Shown here: positions 30,347-39,666 of the stretch, in pieces
Layout of the letters: each line of letters begins with the position of its first letter
Numbering within the stretch: the first letter of the stretch is position 1
Virus record (IMG/VR): IMGVR_UViG_3300045241_000217
Location: 1-64,000 of that record
DNA: 64,000 nt
Source of the DNA: a virus
Reading direction: 5' to 3' (one strand)
Notes under the pieces: model-generated
What the model was told of the DNA's origin: nothing
Database searches by the model: none
The model's input: the letters and a program-made list of their open reading frames with translations, nothing else
Translations under genes and position numbers: made by a program

Positions 30347-31426
30347 CGTCGCTTCTCTTCCTGCCCGTCTAGGTGCGGGCGCCCCGTCAGTCGTGTCCTA
30401 CCAGCACTCCCGCTCGCCCAGCCAGATCATCGCGTCGAGCACGGAGCGCCCACGTCCGATCCAAGTGATGGGCAGCGGCTCCCCGCCGTGGTTGTACGGA
30501 TGGCCCTCGATGGTGCCTGGCACCGCGATGGTCACGATGCGCGAGCGGTACCACGAGCGGATCTTCGTGCCGCTCGCCACGGTCTCGTCGATCAGCCGCT
30601 GAGCGTCGGCGATCGCTTCGTCCACGTAGGTGCGGCTCACGACGCATCCTCGCAGCTCTCTCCGTCCGCCTCGCGCGCAGCGATCCGCCGCTCCGCCTCT
30701 CGGTGCTCTGCCTTGGTGCATGCGCGCCCGATCGCGATGGCCTGCCCGAGATCGCGACGTGCGGCGCGCAGCGCCCGTTCCGCGCGCTTCATTCGCAGAT
30801 AGGCGTTCACCTGAGCGGCGGCCGCTTCTCCGTTCGTGGGGTGCGTCCGGCTCACGACTCGCTCGCTCGCAGCGCTCGCTGCATGAGTAGATCCGCCAGC
30901 GGGTCGTCACCGTCGAGGCGCGCGAGGTTCGCTGCGTTGAGCCACACGATCCCAGGCGCGTTGGCAGGTTGGTTGCTCAGGTGCTCACTGAGCACCGACT
31001 TGCGAGCGGCGTTCGCTGCGGCTTCCGACGCGTGCGTGATGGCCAGCGCGATCGAGAGAGCGATGGCGTCCCCCGTGCCCTCGATCTCGGCAGGCGTGCC
31101 GCTGAGTGCGTCGCTCACGAGGAGGCCGCCTGCGTCACCCAAGAGGCGACCGATGGTCTCGCGCACCTTGCGCCTGTGCTTCTGCTCCATGGTCTCTCCG
31201 TGGCTCACGACGCGCTCCTGAGTGAGGGATGGGCGAGATCTCCGCGCATGAGGGCCAGCACGGCGTCGTCCAAGCGGCGCGAGACCTGAGCACGGTCCCA
31301 GAGCGCGATCTGGCGCGCGTGGAACTCCTCGTGCGTGATGCGCTTGGCGTACATGTCTTCGACGTTCGCCGCGATCGCGGCGCGAATCTCGGCGGCCTGC
31401 TCGGGGATGGTCTTGCGGGCCATGGC

Positions 31427-31693
31427 TCAGGCGCCCCTGCGGCTCGCGAGGAACGCCTGCTGCGACGCGCGGACGACCTCGGCGCGGAGCGCCATGTCGC
31501 GCATGCCCTTCCAGCCCGCGTAATGCGTCTGCACCGCGACGAGGATCGAGCCACCGTAGTTGAAGACGGCCGATCGGCCGCTCTCCATCTTGGCCTTGAT
31601 GTCGGCGAAGCCCTGGGGGCACGCCATGTAGTCGGCCGGGCCCGTGACCGAGCCGTCCATCGCGATCGAGAAGGAACCAACCACGTTCGCCAT
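31427..31693 (-). CDS. hypothetical protein, first gene of the leftward operon
   Basis: ATG downstream of the sigma54-like promoter and hairpin leader. Confidence 0.6.
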   Translation of the reverse strand: MANVVGSFSIAMDGSVTGPADYMACPQGFADIKAKMESGRSAVFNYGGSILVAVQTHYAGWKGMRDMALRAEVVRASQQAFLASRRGA

Positions 31694-31738
31694 CTTCCTA
31701 CCCTGCTCCTGCCCGCTCGTTGCGGACACAGCCCTTGG

Positions 31739-31754
31739 AGCATGCGTCGTGCCA
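31739..31754 (-). promoter_or_regulatory. sigma54-like promoter
   Basis: Minus strand TGGCACGACGCATGCT = GG-N10-GC, at the head of the 31-kb leftward operon. Confidence 0.6.
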
Positions 31755-32001
31755 CGCACATCGACGTGTGCGGGCGTCGCGATTTGCGGGCTTTCTTGAC
31801 CGACCACTGCGCAAACCGCTGAACGGTTCGTGCGAGCTTGGCGCGCTCCTGTGGTCGATGGTTCGCGCGACGCGCTGTCGCGGTCCACGCTGCGACCGTT
31901 GCTCGCGCGTTCAGCGGTCGGTGCGGATCGTCCGAGGATCACGCGGTGGTGAGCACGAGGCGCGGGCCTTGCTCTCTCGGTCACCAAGAAAGAAGGTTCG
32001 C

Positions 32002-32214
32002 ATGCGCTCTCTCCTCGCTCTCTCTCTCCTCTCGCTCTCCTCTGTCGCTGGCTGCGGCACCGCGGTCGCCGTCCCTCCGACGGACGCGAACATCTGCGTC
32101 ACGTTCGGCGATGGCGGGTACACGACCGATGTCGGTCAGCCGTGGGCCGGTCTGCCGCGCGTGGATGGATGCTGGGAGGCGTACATCCCGCCTCCCATCC
32201 GCAACGATGATTGA
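32002..32214 (+). CDS. small lipoprotein
   Basis: MRSLLALSLLSLSSVAG-C signal with lipobox-like VAGC. Confidence 0.55.
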   Translation: MRSLLALSLLSLSSVAGCGTAVAVPPTDANICVTFGDGGYTTDVGQPWAGLPRVDGCWEAYIPPPIRNDD

Positions 32215-32220
32215 GCTCGC

Positions 32221-34953
32221 TCAGGTGTATCCGCCGCCACCGAGGAACGTGTTGAGCGAGTAGACGGCGCCGCCCGCGTCGGGGCCTCCGCCGTTCGGGT
32301 ACGTGATGTCCGTGGCGGCACCGCCAGCGCTTCCCCAGCCGCGGCCGCCAACCGCGGCTGTGCGGTGGATGTTGCCCGCGTTGCACACGTTGCCGACGAC
32401 GCAGAATCCGGCGGTGTCCATCTTCACGGCGTCCACGACGGCGCCGAAGGTGAAGTTGCAGTTCGTCACGCTCGCCTGCGGGACGGTGGTGAGATCGAAG
32501 CCCTGGCCGAGCACATCGCTGTTCACGACGATGCACGCGTTGAACACCACGATCGCTTCGCCACCGTCTGGCATCGCGCAGAAGCCGCCGTTGCGCTTGA
32601 AGATGCAGCCGGTGAACGTGCACTCGGTGCCGTAGCGGACGCATCGCGCGTTGTTCGTGCCGCGCGCCCACCCGTGGAACGTGCAGTTGGAGACGTTGAT
32701 CTCCTCGCAGTTGTTCTCGCGCAACGCGTACATGCCGGCCGCGAAGGCTGCGAGCGATGTTTCGGTCGCATCCGTCTTATAGCCGGACAGCGTGCAGTCG
32801 TTGACCGTGCAGTCGCGGACGGCCTGCAAGAGGATGCAGCGCAGATCGTTGATGCCCGAATCGTTCCAGTTGCCGCAATTGACGCCCGAGATCTTGCCGC
32901 GCTGGAGCGTCCCGCTGTCGCCCTTGACCCACAGCCCGTAGCAGAAGCGAGCGGCGACACCGTTGTCGCCACAGCCCTCGATGGTCATCCCGTCCACCTT
33001 GAAGCCCACGGGCACCACGAGCTGGCAGCAACCCGCGTCCACGCTGGTCATGCTGTAGGTCTGCTCGGTGATCTGGATGTCGAACGCGGGGTGCGCGCTC
33101 GAACCGATGATCTGGATTCCCCAGCCCACACCGTTCGCTCCTCCGAAGATGCCGGCGCCCGGTGCGTGCGCGCCGGTAGTGGCGGTGCTCCACGTGCAGC
33201 CCTTCACCCGCCAGCCGCGGGGGGCGTAGTTCGTGTTGTAGACGTAGCCGATGAGTCCGCCCTCGTCGCCGTGCACCGCGCCAGTGACGTTCTCCAGGCA
33301 GAGCTTGCTGGCGGAGGCCGCGTCGATCAGCCCGTGCGAGGTGGCTGACGTGTAGATGGTGGTGCCGCGCGCCTCGAGATCGCAGTCGCGGATCGTGAAG
33401 CCGTTCACCATGTCGGGGGTGACGGCAGTCCCAGCGGTGTCGGCGTGCAACACGATCTGCGCGCTCTTCATCCTCGTGCTCTCGATGAGCCCGAACTCGC
33501 GCACGATAGGGATCGCGGAGCCTGTGCCCGACTCGTAGAACTGCGTGCGGCCGCGGATATCGCAGCCGACGATGCGCACCTTGTTCGCCGTGTTTGAGCT
33601 CAGCATGTAGCCCGCTGCGACGTCGGGGTCCGCGCTGGTCTGCAAGATCTGGCAGTGCTGGGCGCGGATGAAGCCGTTCACGACGAAGCCGTTGCGGCCG
33701 CCGGCCGTGGTGCCGATCCATCCGATGTCGAGGCTGTCGAGTACGAGCCCACCAGCGACGTCGGGCCCGAGCGCGATGGCCGACTCGCCCACGCCGAGCG
33801 CGGCACCGTCGATCGTGATCTTCGGTCGTCCGTTCGATCCAGAGTTCAGTTGCCCGTGCGCGATGCCGGCTCGGATGCGGATCACCAGCGACTTGGCCAC
33901 GCCACTGCCGATCGCCTTCTGCCCACTGATGACGAAGCCGTTCCCGCCGGGATCGCCGTGCACGATGATGTCCACGTTGGTCGGGCGGTTTGCGGCCGCC
34001 ATGCCAGCGAGCAGCGCGAGGCATTGGTCGAGACCCGTAGCGCCGTTGAAGTCGCCGACCGTCGCGACGCCATCGCCGACGGTGTACGTGACAGTGTCCA
34101 CCGTGCGGAGGCTCTTCGTGGTGCCGGCGGTGAGCGCTCCGGCCGGGTCGTAGGGCCGGTACGGGCGCGAGAACCAGTCGTACTGGAGCGTGTCGCTCGG
34201 GCCCTTGAGATCCTGCACCTGGCGCATCAGCGCGCGGAGCGCCGGGTAGATCTCGTTAAGCCCGTTCGCGGCGCGATCGGTCGAGCGCGAGAAGTCGGGG
34301 ACGCCCGTGGCGGTCGTCTGCGCGGCCTTCTGGAAGGGCGCTGCTCCTTCGAGTACGAACGTCCGCGCGTCGGTGATATTGCCAGCCACGATCGTGGCTC
34401 CGCCCCACATGACGCTCGCTAGCGTGATCCACTCGGCGCTCGGTGCGCCTGAGAGGCGAAGCTCGAGCGTGGGGAGCGTGCGTGTGTTGGTGGCCGTCAC
34501 GTCCTCGCTCAGCGTGCCCTCGTCCCAGAACGCGCGGTTGTCGCTCGACCCGTCCACGTACACGAAGCGCATCTGCACCGTGTACGTGCCGGGCGGCTGC
34601 GCCGTGAAGTCGAGCGAGTAGGTGGCGTTGCCCTCGAGCGTCCCGTCCTGCCCGTCACCGCCCATGAGCTGACCGAAGTCGATGCGGCCCAGGTTCTCTG
34701 CGCCGATCGCAAACCCCAGTGGAGCTCCACCGCCCGGGTTGAGGCGCACGCGGATGGTTGCGTCGGGAACGGCCTGCGGCTCGACCTTGAAGCCGCGCAC
34801 GACGTAGTTCGTCCACTGCGCGGCTACCACGGCGTCTGGCCCGAGCAGGAGGCCGCGCACGTGGCGTCGGAAGTCGGACAGCACGAGCTCGGTGAGCTGC
34901 GTCATGTCCGAGAGGTCCACGCGTTCCTCGGCCGAGAAGTGAACCTTTTCCAT
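32221..34953 (-). CDS. tail fibre/tailspike with probable parallel beta-helix C-terminus
   Basis: 910 aa at the end of the baseplate module; repeated hydrophobic-x-N/D-C-T-F turns (VNDCTL, VSNCTF, FTGCIF, VTNCNF). Confidence 0.7.
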   Translation of the reverse strand: MEKVHFSAEERVDLSDMTQLTELVLSDFRRHVRGLLLGPDAVVAAQWTNYVVRGFKVEPQAVPDATIRVRLNPGGGAPLGFAIGAENLGRIDFGQLMGGDGQDGTLEGNATYSLDFTAQPPGTYTVQMRFVYVDGSSDNRAFWDEGTLSEDVTATNTRTLPTLELRLSGAPSAEWITLASVMWGGATIVAGNITDARTFVLEGAAPFQKAAQTTATGVPDFSRSTDRAANGLNEIYPALRALMRQVQDLKGPSDTLQYDWFSRPYRPYDPAGALTAGTTKSLRTVDTVTYTVGDGVATVGDFNGATGLDQCLALLAGMAAANRPTNVDIIVHGDPGGNGFVISGQKAIGSGVAKSLVIRIRAGIAHGQLNSGSNGRPKITIDGAALGVGESAIALGPDVAGGLVLDSLDIGWIGTTAGGRNGFVVNGFIRAQHCQILQTSADPDVAAGYMLSSNTANKVRIVGCDIRGRTQFYESGTGSAIPIVREFGLIESTRMKSAQIVLHADTAGTAVTPDMVNGFTIRDCDLEARGTTIYTSATSHGLIDAASASKLCLENVTGAVHGDEGGLIGYVYNTNYAPRGWRVKGCTWSTATTGAHAPGAGIFGGANGVGWGIQIIGSSAHPAFDIQITEQTYSMTSVDAGCCQLVVPVGFKVDGMTIEGCGDNGVAARFCYGLWVKGDSGTLQRGKISGVNCGNWNDSGINDLRCILLQAVRDCTVNDCTLSGYKTDATETSLAAFAAGMYALRENNCEEINVSNCTFHGWARGTNNARCVRYGTECTFTGCIFKRNGGFCAMPDGGEAIVVFNACIVVNSDVLGQGFDLTTVPQASVTNCNFTFGAVVDAVKMDTAGFCVVGNVCNAGNIHRTAAVGGRGWGSAGGAATDITYPNGGGPDAGGAVYSLNTFLGGGGYT

Positions 34954-34992
34954 CAGCGGTCTCCTTCGATCACGGGGCCGAGAGTAGCGCGC

Positions 34993-36093
34993 TCAGGCCG
35001 AGCGCGTGCTGATCACGACGCGGATGCCAGCCGCTCGGATCTGGTCGAGCAGGCAGCGCGCCGCGCGCCCCGTGTCGCTCAGGTAGGCCCAGCGTCGGTG
35101 CTCGTCGAGCGGCTGAACGACCGTCTCGTCCAGCGCGAGGTAGTGCGCGTGGTGCTGCGTGTAGTCCACGAGGACCGCCGTGCCGATCGCGCCCGGGCTC
35201 GAGCCCAGAGTGATGGTCGAGCCCACGTACGACCCGCCACCAGCGTAGAAGTTCGTGAAGCCCGTTCGGTAGCCCCTGCGCGTCAGCGGCGTGTCGAGCA
35301 CCACGCGCAGTACGCCCACGGGGCTCACGCCCAGCGGCGGGAACGTCGTGACCACGGTCGTCAGGCCGGTCGTCAGTTGCTGCTCTCCGCCGTTGAGCAC
35401 GAAGCGGCCGCGGATGTCGGTCGCGAGCGGGACCACGATCTCCACGTAGACGGTGAAGGGCGTGGTGCTCGTGCGCGTCCAAACGCGGAAGTTGCCGGCG
35501 CCGAGGAGCGCGGTGAGCGCCTGCTTGAACGCGTCGAGCGGCTGCTTGGGCAGGTACGCCACGCCCTTGATGACCGAGCGGAGTTGCTCGTACGTCATGC
35601 CCGGGCAGCGGTGCAGGCCCAGGTTGCGCGCGATGATGTCGAGGTCCGAGCCGATCGCGAAGTTCACGAGGAAGCCGCGACGCAGGAGATCCAGCGCGCT
35701 CGTGTTCCCCGAGATGTCGATCACCAGCGTGCCCGCCGGGTGCGTGGCTGCGACCGTGTTGCTCACGCCGCGCACGAGCGTCGTGAACTGGAACGGGAAG
35801 CGCGAACGCCGAGTCGCGACCGTGATGATCTCGCCGCCCACGAGCAGGCGCGCGTTGCCCGCCTGTGTCGGGTCCACCTCGTGATCCACGTACTCGCCGA
35901 AGCCGATGGTGGATTCGACGAGGATGCCGCTCACGTCGTCCACCGGCAGATCGGCGGTGAGGCGGGTGACGGCACGGCCGCCGATGCGGTCGTCCTCCTT
36001 GAAGATGGCGTCGAAGGCCGCGCGCAGCGGCTTGCCGCGCTTGCTGGCCGTCAGTGCGCCGGGGGGATCCGGCTGGTCTGCTGCGATCGGCAT
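34993..36093 (-). CDS. baseplate wedge / tail protein
   Basis: AIGSDLDIIARNLGL.R...YEQLR..I and DQIRAAGIRV motifs; position in the module. Confidence 0.65.
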   Translation of the reverse strand: MPIAADQPDPPGALTASKRGKPLRAAFDAIFKEDDRIGGRAVTRLTADLPVDDVSGILVESTIGFGEYVDHEVDPTQAGNARLLVGGEIITVATRRSRFPFQFTTLVRGVSNTVAATHPAGTLVIDISGNTSALDLLRRGFLVNFAIGSDLDIIARNLGLHRCPGMTYEQLRSVIKGVAYLPKQPLDAFKQALTALLGAGNFRVWTRTSTTPFTVYVEIVVPLATDIRGRFVLNGGEQQLTTGLTTVVTTFPPLGVSPVGVLRVVLDTPLTRRGYRTGFTNFYAGGGSYVGSTITLGSSPGAIGTAVLVDYTQHHAHYLALDETVVQPLDEHRRWAYLSDTGRAARCLLDQIRAAGIRVVISTRSA

Positions 36094-36097
36094 CGGG

Positions 36098-36589
36098 TCA
36101 GCCCGTCCTGAGCTCGCGCGTGCCGGTCGCCCACTGCGGAGCGAGCTTCGCGCGCGCGCTGACGATCTTGTAGTCGTAGGCGAAGGACCGAGCTGCGATC
36201 GCGTTCTCGAGCACGGAGCTCGTGCCTCCATCGGTGGAGAGACGCACGTGGTACAGGCCGCGCGTGAGGGCCGGCGCTCCGAAGTACACGCGACTGCTCG
36301 TCACGTCGTACCGCGTCTGCGCCACGTAGCCCATGACGGGCTTGCCGTCCTCGTCCACGACCACGATCGGTGTGCCGATGGGTCCGGCGAGGATCTCGAC
36401 GGTCACGCTCACGTCGAAGCCAGAGCCGAGCGCGAGACACACGGTGCCGCCAAGCTCATCCACCACCGCGGGGCCGGTGTTCTCCGCGAGCGGACCAGGA
36501 AACGACTGGATGGCGGCGAGCGCCGGTACCGGGAGTGCCCCGCCCGTGCCCCACGGCGTGAGTCCCCATGGCCCGATGCCCCAGGTCAC
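36098..36589 (-). CDS. virion structural protein (Ig/IPT-like)
   Basis: WGIGPWGLTPWG N-terminus; GGTV..ALGSGF beta-rich; position in the module. Confidence 0.55.
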   Translation of the reverse strand: MTWGIGPWGLTPWGTGGALPVPALAAIQSFPGPLAENTGPAVVDELGGTVCLALGSGFDVSVTVEILAGPIGTPIVVVDEDGKPVMGYVAQTRYDVTSSRVYFGAPALTRGLYHVRLSTDGGTSSVLENAIAARSFAYDYKIVSARAKLAPQWATGTRELRTG

Positions 36590-37773
36590 GTCAGATCCAT
36601 CGGATGGCGCAGCACCTCGAGCGAGTCGAGATCGAACGTGGCGGCCGTAGTACCGGCCGTGCCGTAGAAGGCGAATCCGAGCGTGTCGAGCGTGAGCGCG
36701 TTCCAGGCAGAGCCCTGCGCGGTCATGCCGCCATCAGCATCCCAGGCCGCGCGATTCACGCCGCCGCCATTCGGAACCGGTGGGTAGCCGGCTGTAGATG
36801 GTCCGACGCATCGGTGCTGGATGTTCCACTCGACCGGCGCCCCGTTGTGGAACTGTCGAATCTCCGACTCGAAGATGGTTGATGTCTTCGTCGTCGTTGC
36901 CTCGAATACGCCGCCGCTCGGCCCGAACTGCGGTGAGCCGTTGCTCGCGGTCGCCACGCCAGCTGCGACTTGAATCTCGCCGCCGTTGCCGCCGCTGAGC
37001 TTGGCCTGCTGGCTCATGCCGAAGAACGCAGCGCCGATGCCTTTCGCGACGTTGAACGCAGGCCCCATCGAGTACCACTCTGGCTGCGTGCCGGTGAAGC
37101 CGCGAACGCGGAAGCGGAAGATGCAGCGGCGGACGTGTGCGGTGGCCGCGAGCGAGAGGTCGTTGATGAAGATCCATGTCTGAAGCGCGCCGGTGAGCTT
37201 CGTTCCGAACGTCACGCGCAGCACGGGGCCGTCTGCCGCTTGCACCACCGAAAGCGCGGTTGCGCCGCCGCCGATCGCGTCTTTGCCGACGGTGAACTGC
37301 GTCGCGGTAGCCTCGTCCCATCGCCACAGGACCGGACTCGGTCGCGGAGTCGCGACGTACGTCTGAAGCTGACGCAGCGCGTGCTCGACGCTGGTGGCCC
37401 ATCCGCGCGAGCCTCGTTCGCTGGTCTCACCTACGCCCGGGATCTGCCAGTCGTACGGCGTCGCGAAGGCGATGCCGATGAGCTGCTGGTCCTGGTCGTC
37501 GAGGATCGTCGCGCCCGCGTCCGTGTACGTCTGGAGGAGCAGCACGTACGCGCCCGCGACGTCTGGCGTGAGGTGCGGCGTAGCCGACGTCGTGCTCGTG
37601 AGCGCCGCACTCGAGCCGATGGGTCGGTCGAGGAGCGTCCAGCGCCACGCGGCGACGCCCGTGTTGTCGAAGTTCGAGAGCGCGAACACCGTCGCGAGGA
37701 ACGTGGAGTCGCGCTCGACCGTGCCGTGTGTGACGACGGGAACGTGGTCGGTGATCACGATCGAGGCGGTCAT
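36586..37773 (-). CDS. virion protein, Ig/PKD-like N-terminus, possible receptor-binding C-terminus
   Basis: WRWTLLDRPIGSSAAL...TPDVAGAY PKD-like motif. Confidence 0.6.
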   Translation of the reverse strand: MTASIVITDHVPVVTHGTVERDSTFLATVFALSNFDNTGVAAWRWTLLDRPIGSSAALTSTTSATPHLTPDVAGAYVLLLQTYTDAGATILDDQDQQLIGIAFATPYDWQIPGVGETSERGSRGWATSVEHALRQLQTYVATPRPSPVLWRWDEATATQFTVGKDAIGGGATALSVVQAADGPVLRVTFGTKLTGALQTWIFINDLSLAATAHVRRCIFRFRVRGFTGTQPEWYSMGPAFNVAKGIGAAFFGMSQQAKLSGGNGGEIQVAAGVATASNGSPQFGPSGGVFEATTTKTSTIFESEIRQFHNGAPVEWNIQHRCVGPSTAGYPPVPNGGGVNRAAWDADGGMTAQGSAWNALTLDTLGFAFYGTAGTTAATFDLDSLEVLRHPMDLT

Positions 37774-37795
37774 GGTCCCGAGCGTACCTCGCTTC

Positions 37796-39208
37796 TCAGG
37801 TCAGGTGGATCGAGGCTGCGATGATGCGGGCGACGCCGTTGTCGAGGATGATCTGGTTCGTGGGTGGCGAGGATCCGCTCAAGTCGGTCAGTTTGAAATC
37901 TTCCATTCCGCTCACGTTCATCGCGACCTCGTAGATCTTCGCGACGAGCACGTCGGCGCCGATGTCGAGCGTGTTGATGTAGTCCTGGATCGCGCTGGCG
38001 ACCGCCGCGAGCACGGTCGTAGGGACGAAGCCCTCGAGCACCGAGCACTGCGCGGTGACCGACTGGTACTGCGTCTGCGGCGCAAGGACGCGCGCCTGGA
38101 TGCCGGCCGCGACCACGCCGGGCGTCCGGATCGCGTCGGCCGGGTCGCCATCGAGCACGCGCTGCGTCTCGGCGATTAGCCCAACGTAAAACCTGTAGTT
38201 CGCGCGCGCGGAGTTCGTGGCTGCGAGCCCGGTGGGGTACGACGCGGCCGAGAGTTCGATCTGTCCGTTCCCTGGATTGAGTTCGTAGTCCACGTGCCGA
38301 ACCTGTGTCACGTACCCGGCACCCGTGTTGATCTGGAGCACGAAGCTCCCGTCATCGCGGATCGGGATCTCGCTCACGAACAGATCGCGCTCGCCGCCCA
38401 GCGCCGAGAGCAGGAACGTGTCGGGGGCGCCGATGAACGTCGAGTCGTAGGTCTCGACCGCGCCGGTGCCGTCGTCGATGTAGACCTGGATGATCCCCGT
38501 GGGCAGGGTGCTCTCGACCACGTGCGCGAAGAGTACGCGTTGCCCGTTCGCGAGCATCACGTTGTTGGCGAACGCCTTGATCGCCGTGACGGTGCCGCGC
38601 GAGATCGCCTGCACGAAGGCTTTGATGCGCGCGAGGAAGCCCTGATCGCTCTCGCGGTCGAAGCCAGTCACGACGTCGCTCGGATTCGTGACCGTCGTGA
38701 CGCCCGCGATGCGGGTCACCATCTGGTTGATGGCGCCGGCGATCTGGTTCCCGCGCGCGCCCGCAATGGTGGCCACGACGGGGATCGGTCCGCTCGTCGT
38801 GTTGCCGTTCAGGATCGAGCCGGCGCTCGTCGTGCGGTAGCGGACCTGCCCCTTGCTGTCCGTGGCGCCGACGATGGTGCCGACCGGGATCGGGATGAGA
38901 CCCACGGTCCCAGGGCGCGAGAACACCTCGGTGGTCGTCGCGTACATCGAGGGGTAGCGCTTGATGATCGCGGGGAGCACCTCGGCCGCGCGCTCGTCGA
39001 GATCCGATCCCTGGCACTGGTCGAGCGACTGGAGGGATTTCAGACGTGCCATCTGCACGTACTGCTCGGCGTCCTCGTTCGTGGCCGCCATGAGCAAGTG
39101 GAACACCGCGCCGTTGCGGACGATGCGCACGAGCCGTGAGCGCGCCACCACGCGGGCCAACATCTCCCGGGCGATCTGAACCCTATTGCGCGGTGCGAAG
39201 AGCGCCAC
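37796..39208 (-). CDS. baseplate J/gp47-family protein
   Basis: GSDLDERAAE, GARGN..AGAI, GFDRESDQ.F..RI, YINTLDIGADV. Confidence 0.88.
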   Translation of the reverse strand: MALFAPRNRVQIAREMLARVVARSRLVRIVRNGAVFHLLMAATNEDAEQYVQMARLKSLQSLDQCQGSDLDERAAEVLPAIIKRYPSMYATTTEVFSRPGTVGLIPIPVGTIVGATDSKGQVRYRTTSAGSILNGNTTSGPIPVVATIAGARGNQIAGAINQMVTRIAGVTTVTNPSDVVTGFDRESDQGFLARIKAFVQAISRGTVTAIKAFANNVMLANGQRVLFAHVVESTLPTGIIQVYIDDGTGAVETYDSTFIGAPDTFLLSALGGERDLFVSEIPIRDDGSFVLQINTGAGYVTQVRHVDYELNPGNGQIELSAASYPTGLAATNSARANYRFYVGLIAETQRVLDGDPADAIRTPGVVAAGIQARVLAPQTQYQSVTAQCSVLEGFVPTTVLAAVASAIQDYINTLDIGADVLVAKIYEVAMNVSGMEDFKLTDLSGSSPPTNQIILDNGVARIIAASIHLT

Positions 39209-39211
39209 GGG

Positions 39212-39637
39212 TCAGCCCTCGGCGCCGGCTGCCTGCTGCTCTGGCTCCGCTGCTTGTCGGCGGAGCGTCACGACGAGCATGTCCGAGTCGGTCTCCGCGG
39301 GCGTGACGGTGAGGTCCCACCGGAAGCCGGCGAGCGCGTCGCCCACGCGCTGGTCGATCACGAGCGTAACCTCGTCGCGCGCGAGCCGCCCGTCCTGGTC
39401 GAGCATCTGCGCGCCCGCCGCGTGCATCGTGAGCGTGATGCCCAGGCGCTGCTGGTTCTTGTACGCCTCGGCGAGCTGCTGATAGCTCTCTCCGAGCGCG
39501 AGGTACTTCGCGTACGCCACCTCGAGCAGGTCCACGATCTGCGCGCGGCTCTTGTCCTTGAGCTTCTGGCGCAGGGTGGGCTTCGCGGCCTCCGCTCGTC
39601 CCGTCAGGCGCTCGCTCAACTCGATGATCTTGCCCAC
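39212..39637 (-). CDS. hypothetical protein
   Basis: GTG with GGAGG RBS inside ORF 39212..39670. Confidence 0.55.
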   Translation of the reverse strand: MGKIIELSERLTGRAEAAKPTLRQKLKDKSRAQIVDLLEVAYAKYLALGESYQQLAEAYKNQQRLGITLTMHAAGAQMLDQDGRLARDEVTLVIDQRVGDALAGFRWDLTVTPAETDSDMLVVTLRRQAAEPEQQAAGAEG

Positions 39638-39666
39638 GGGGCCTCCGGTGTGGTCCCGAGCGTACC

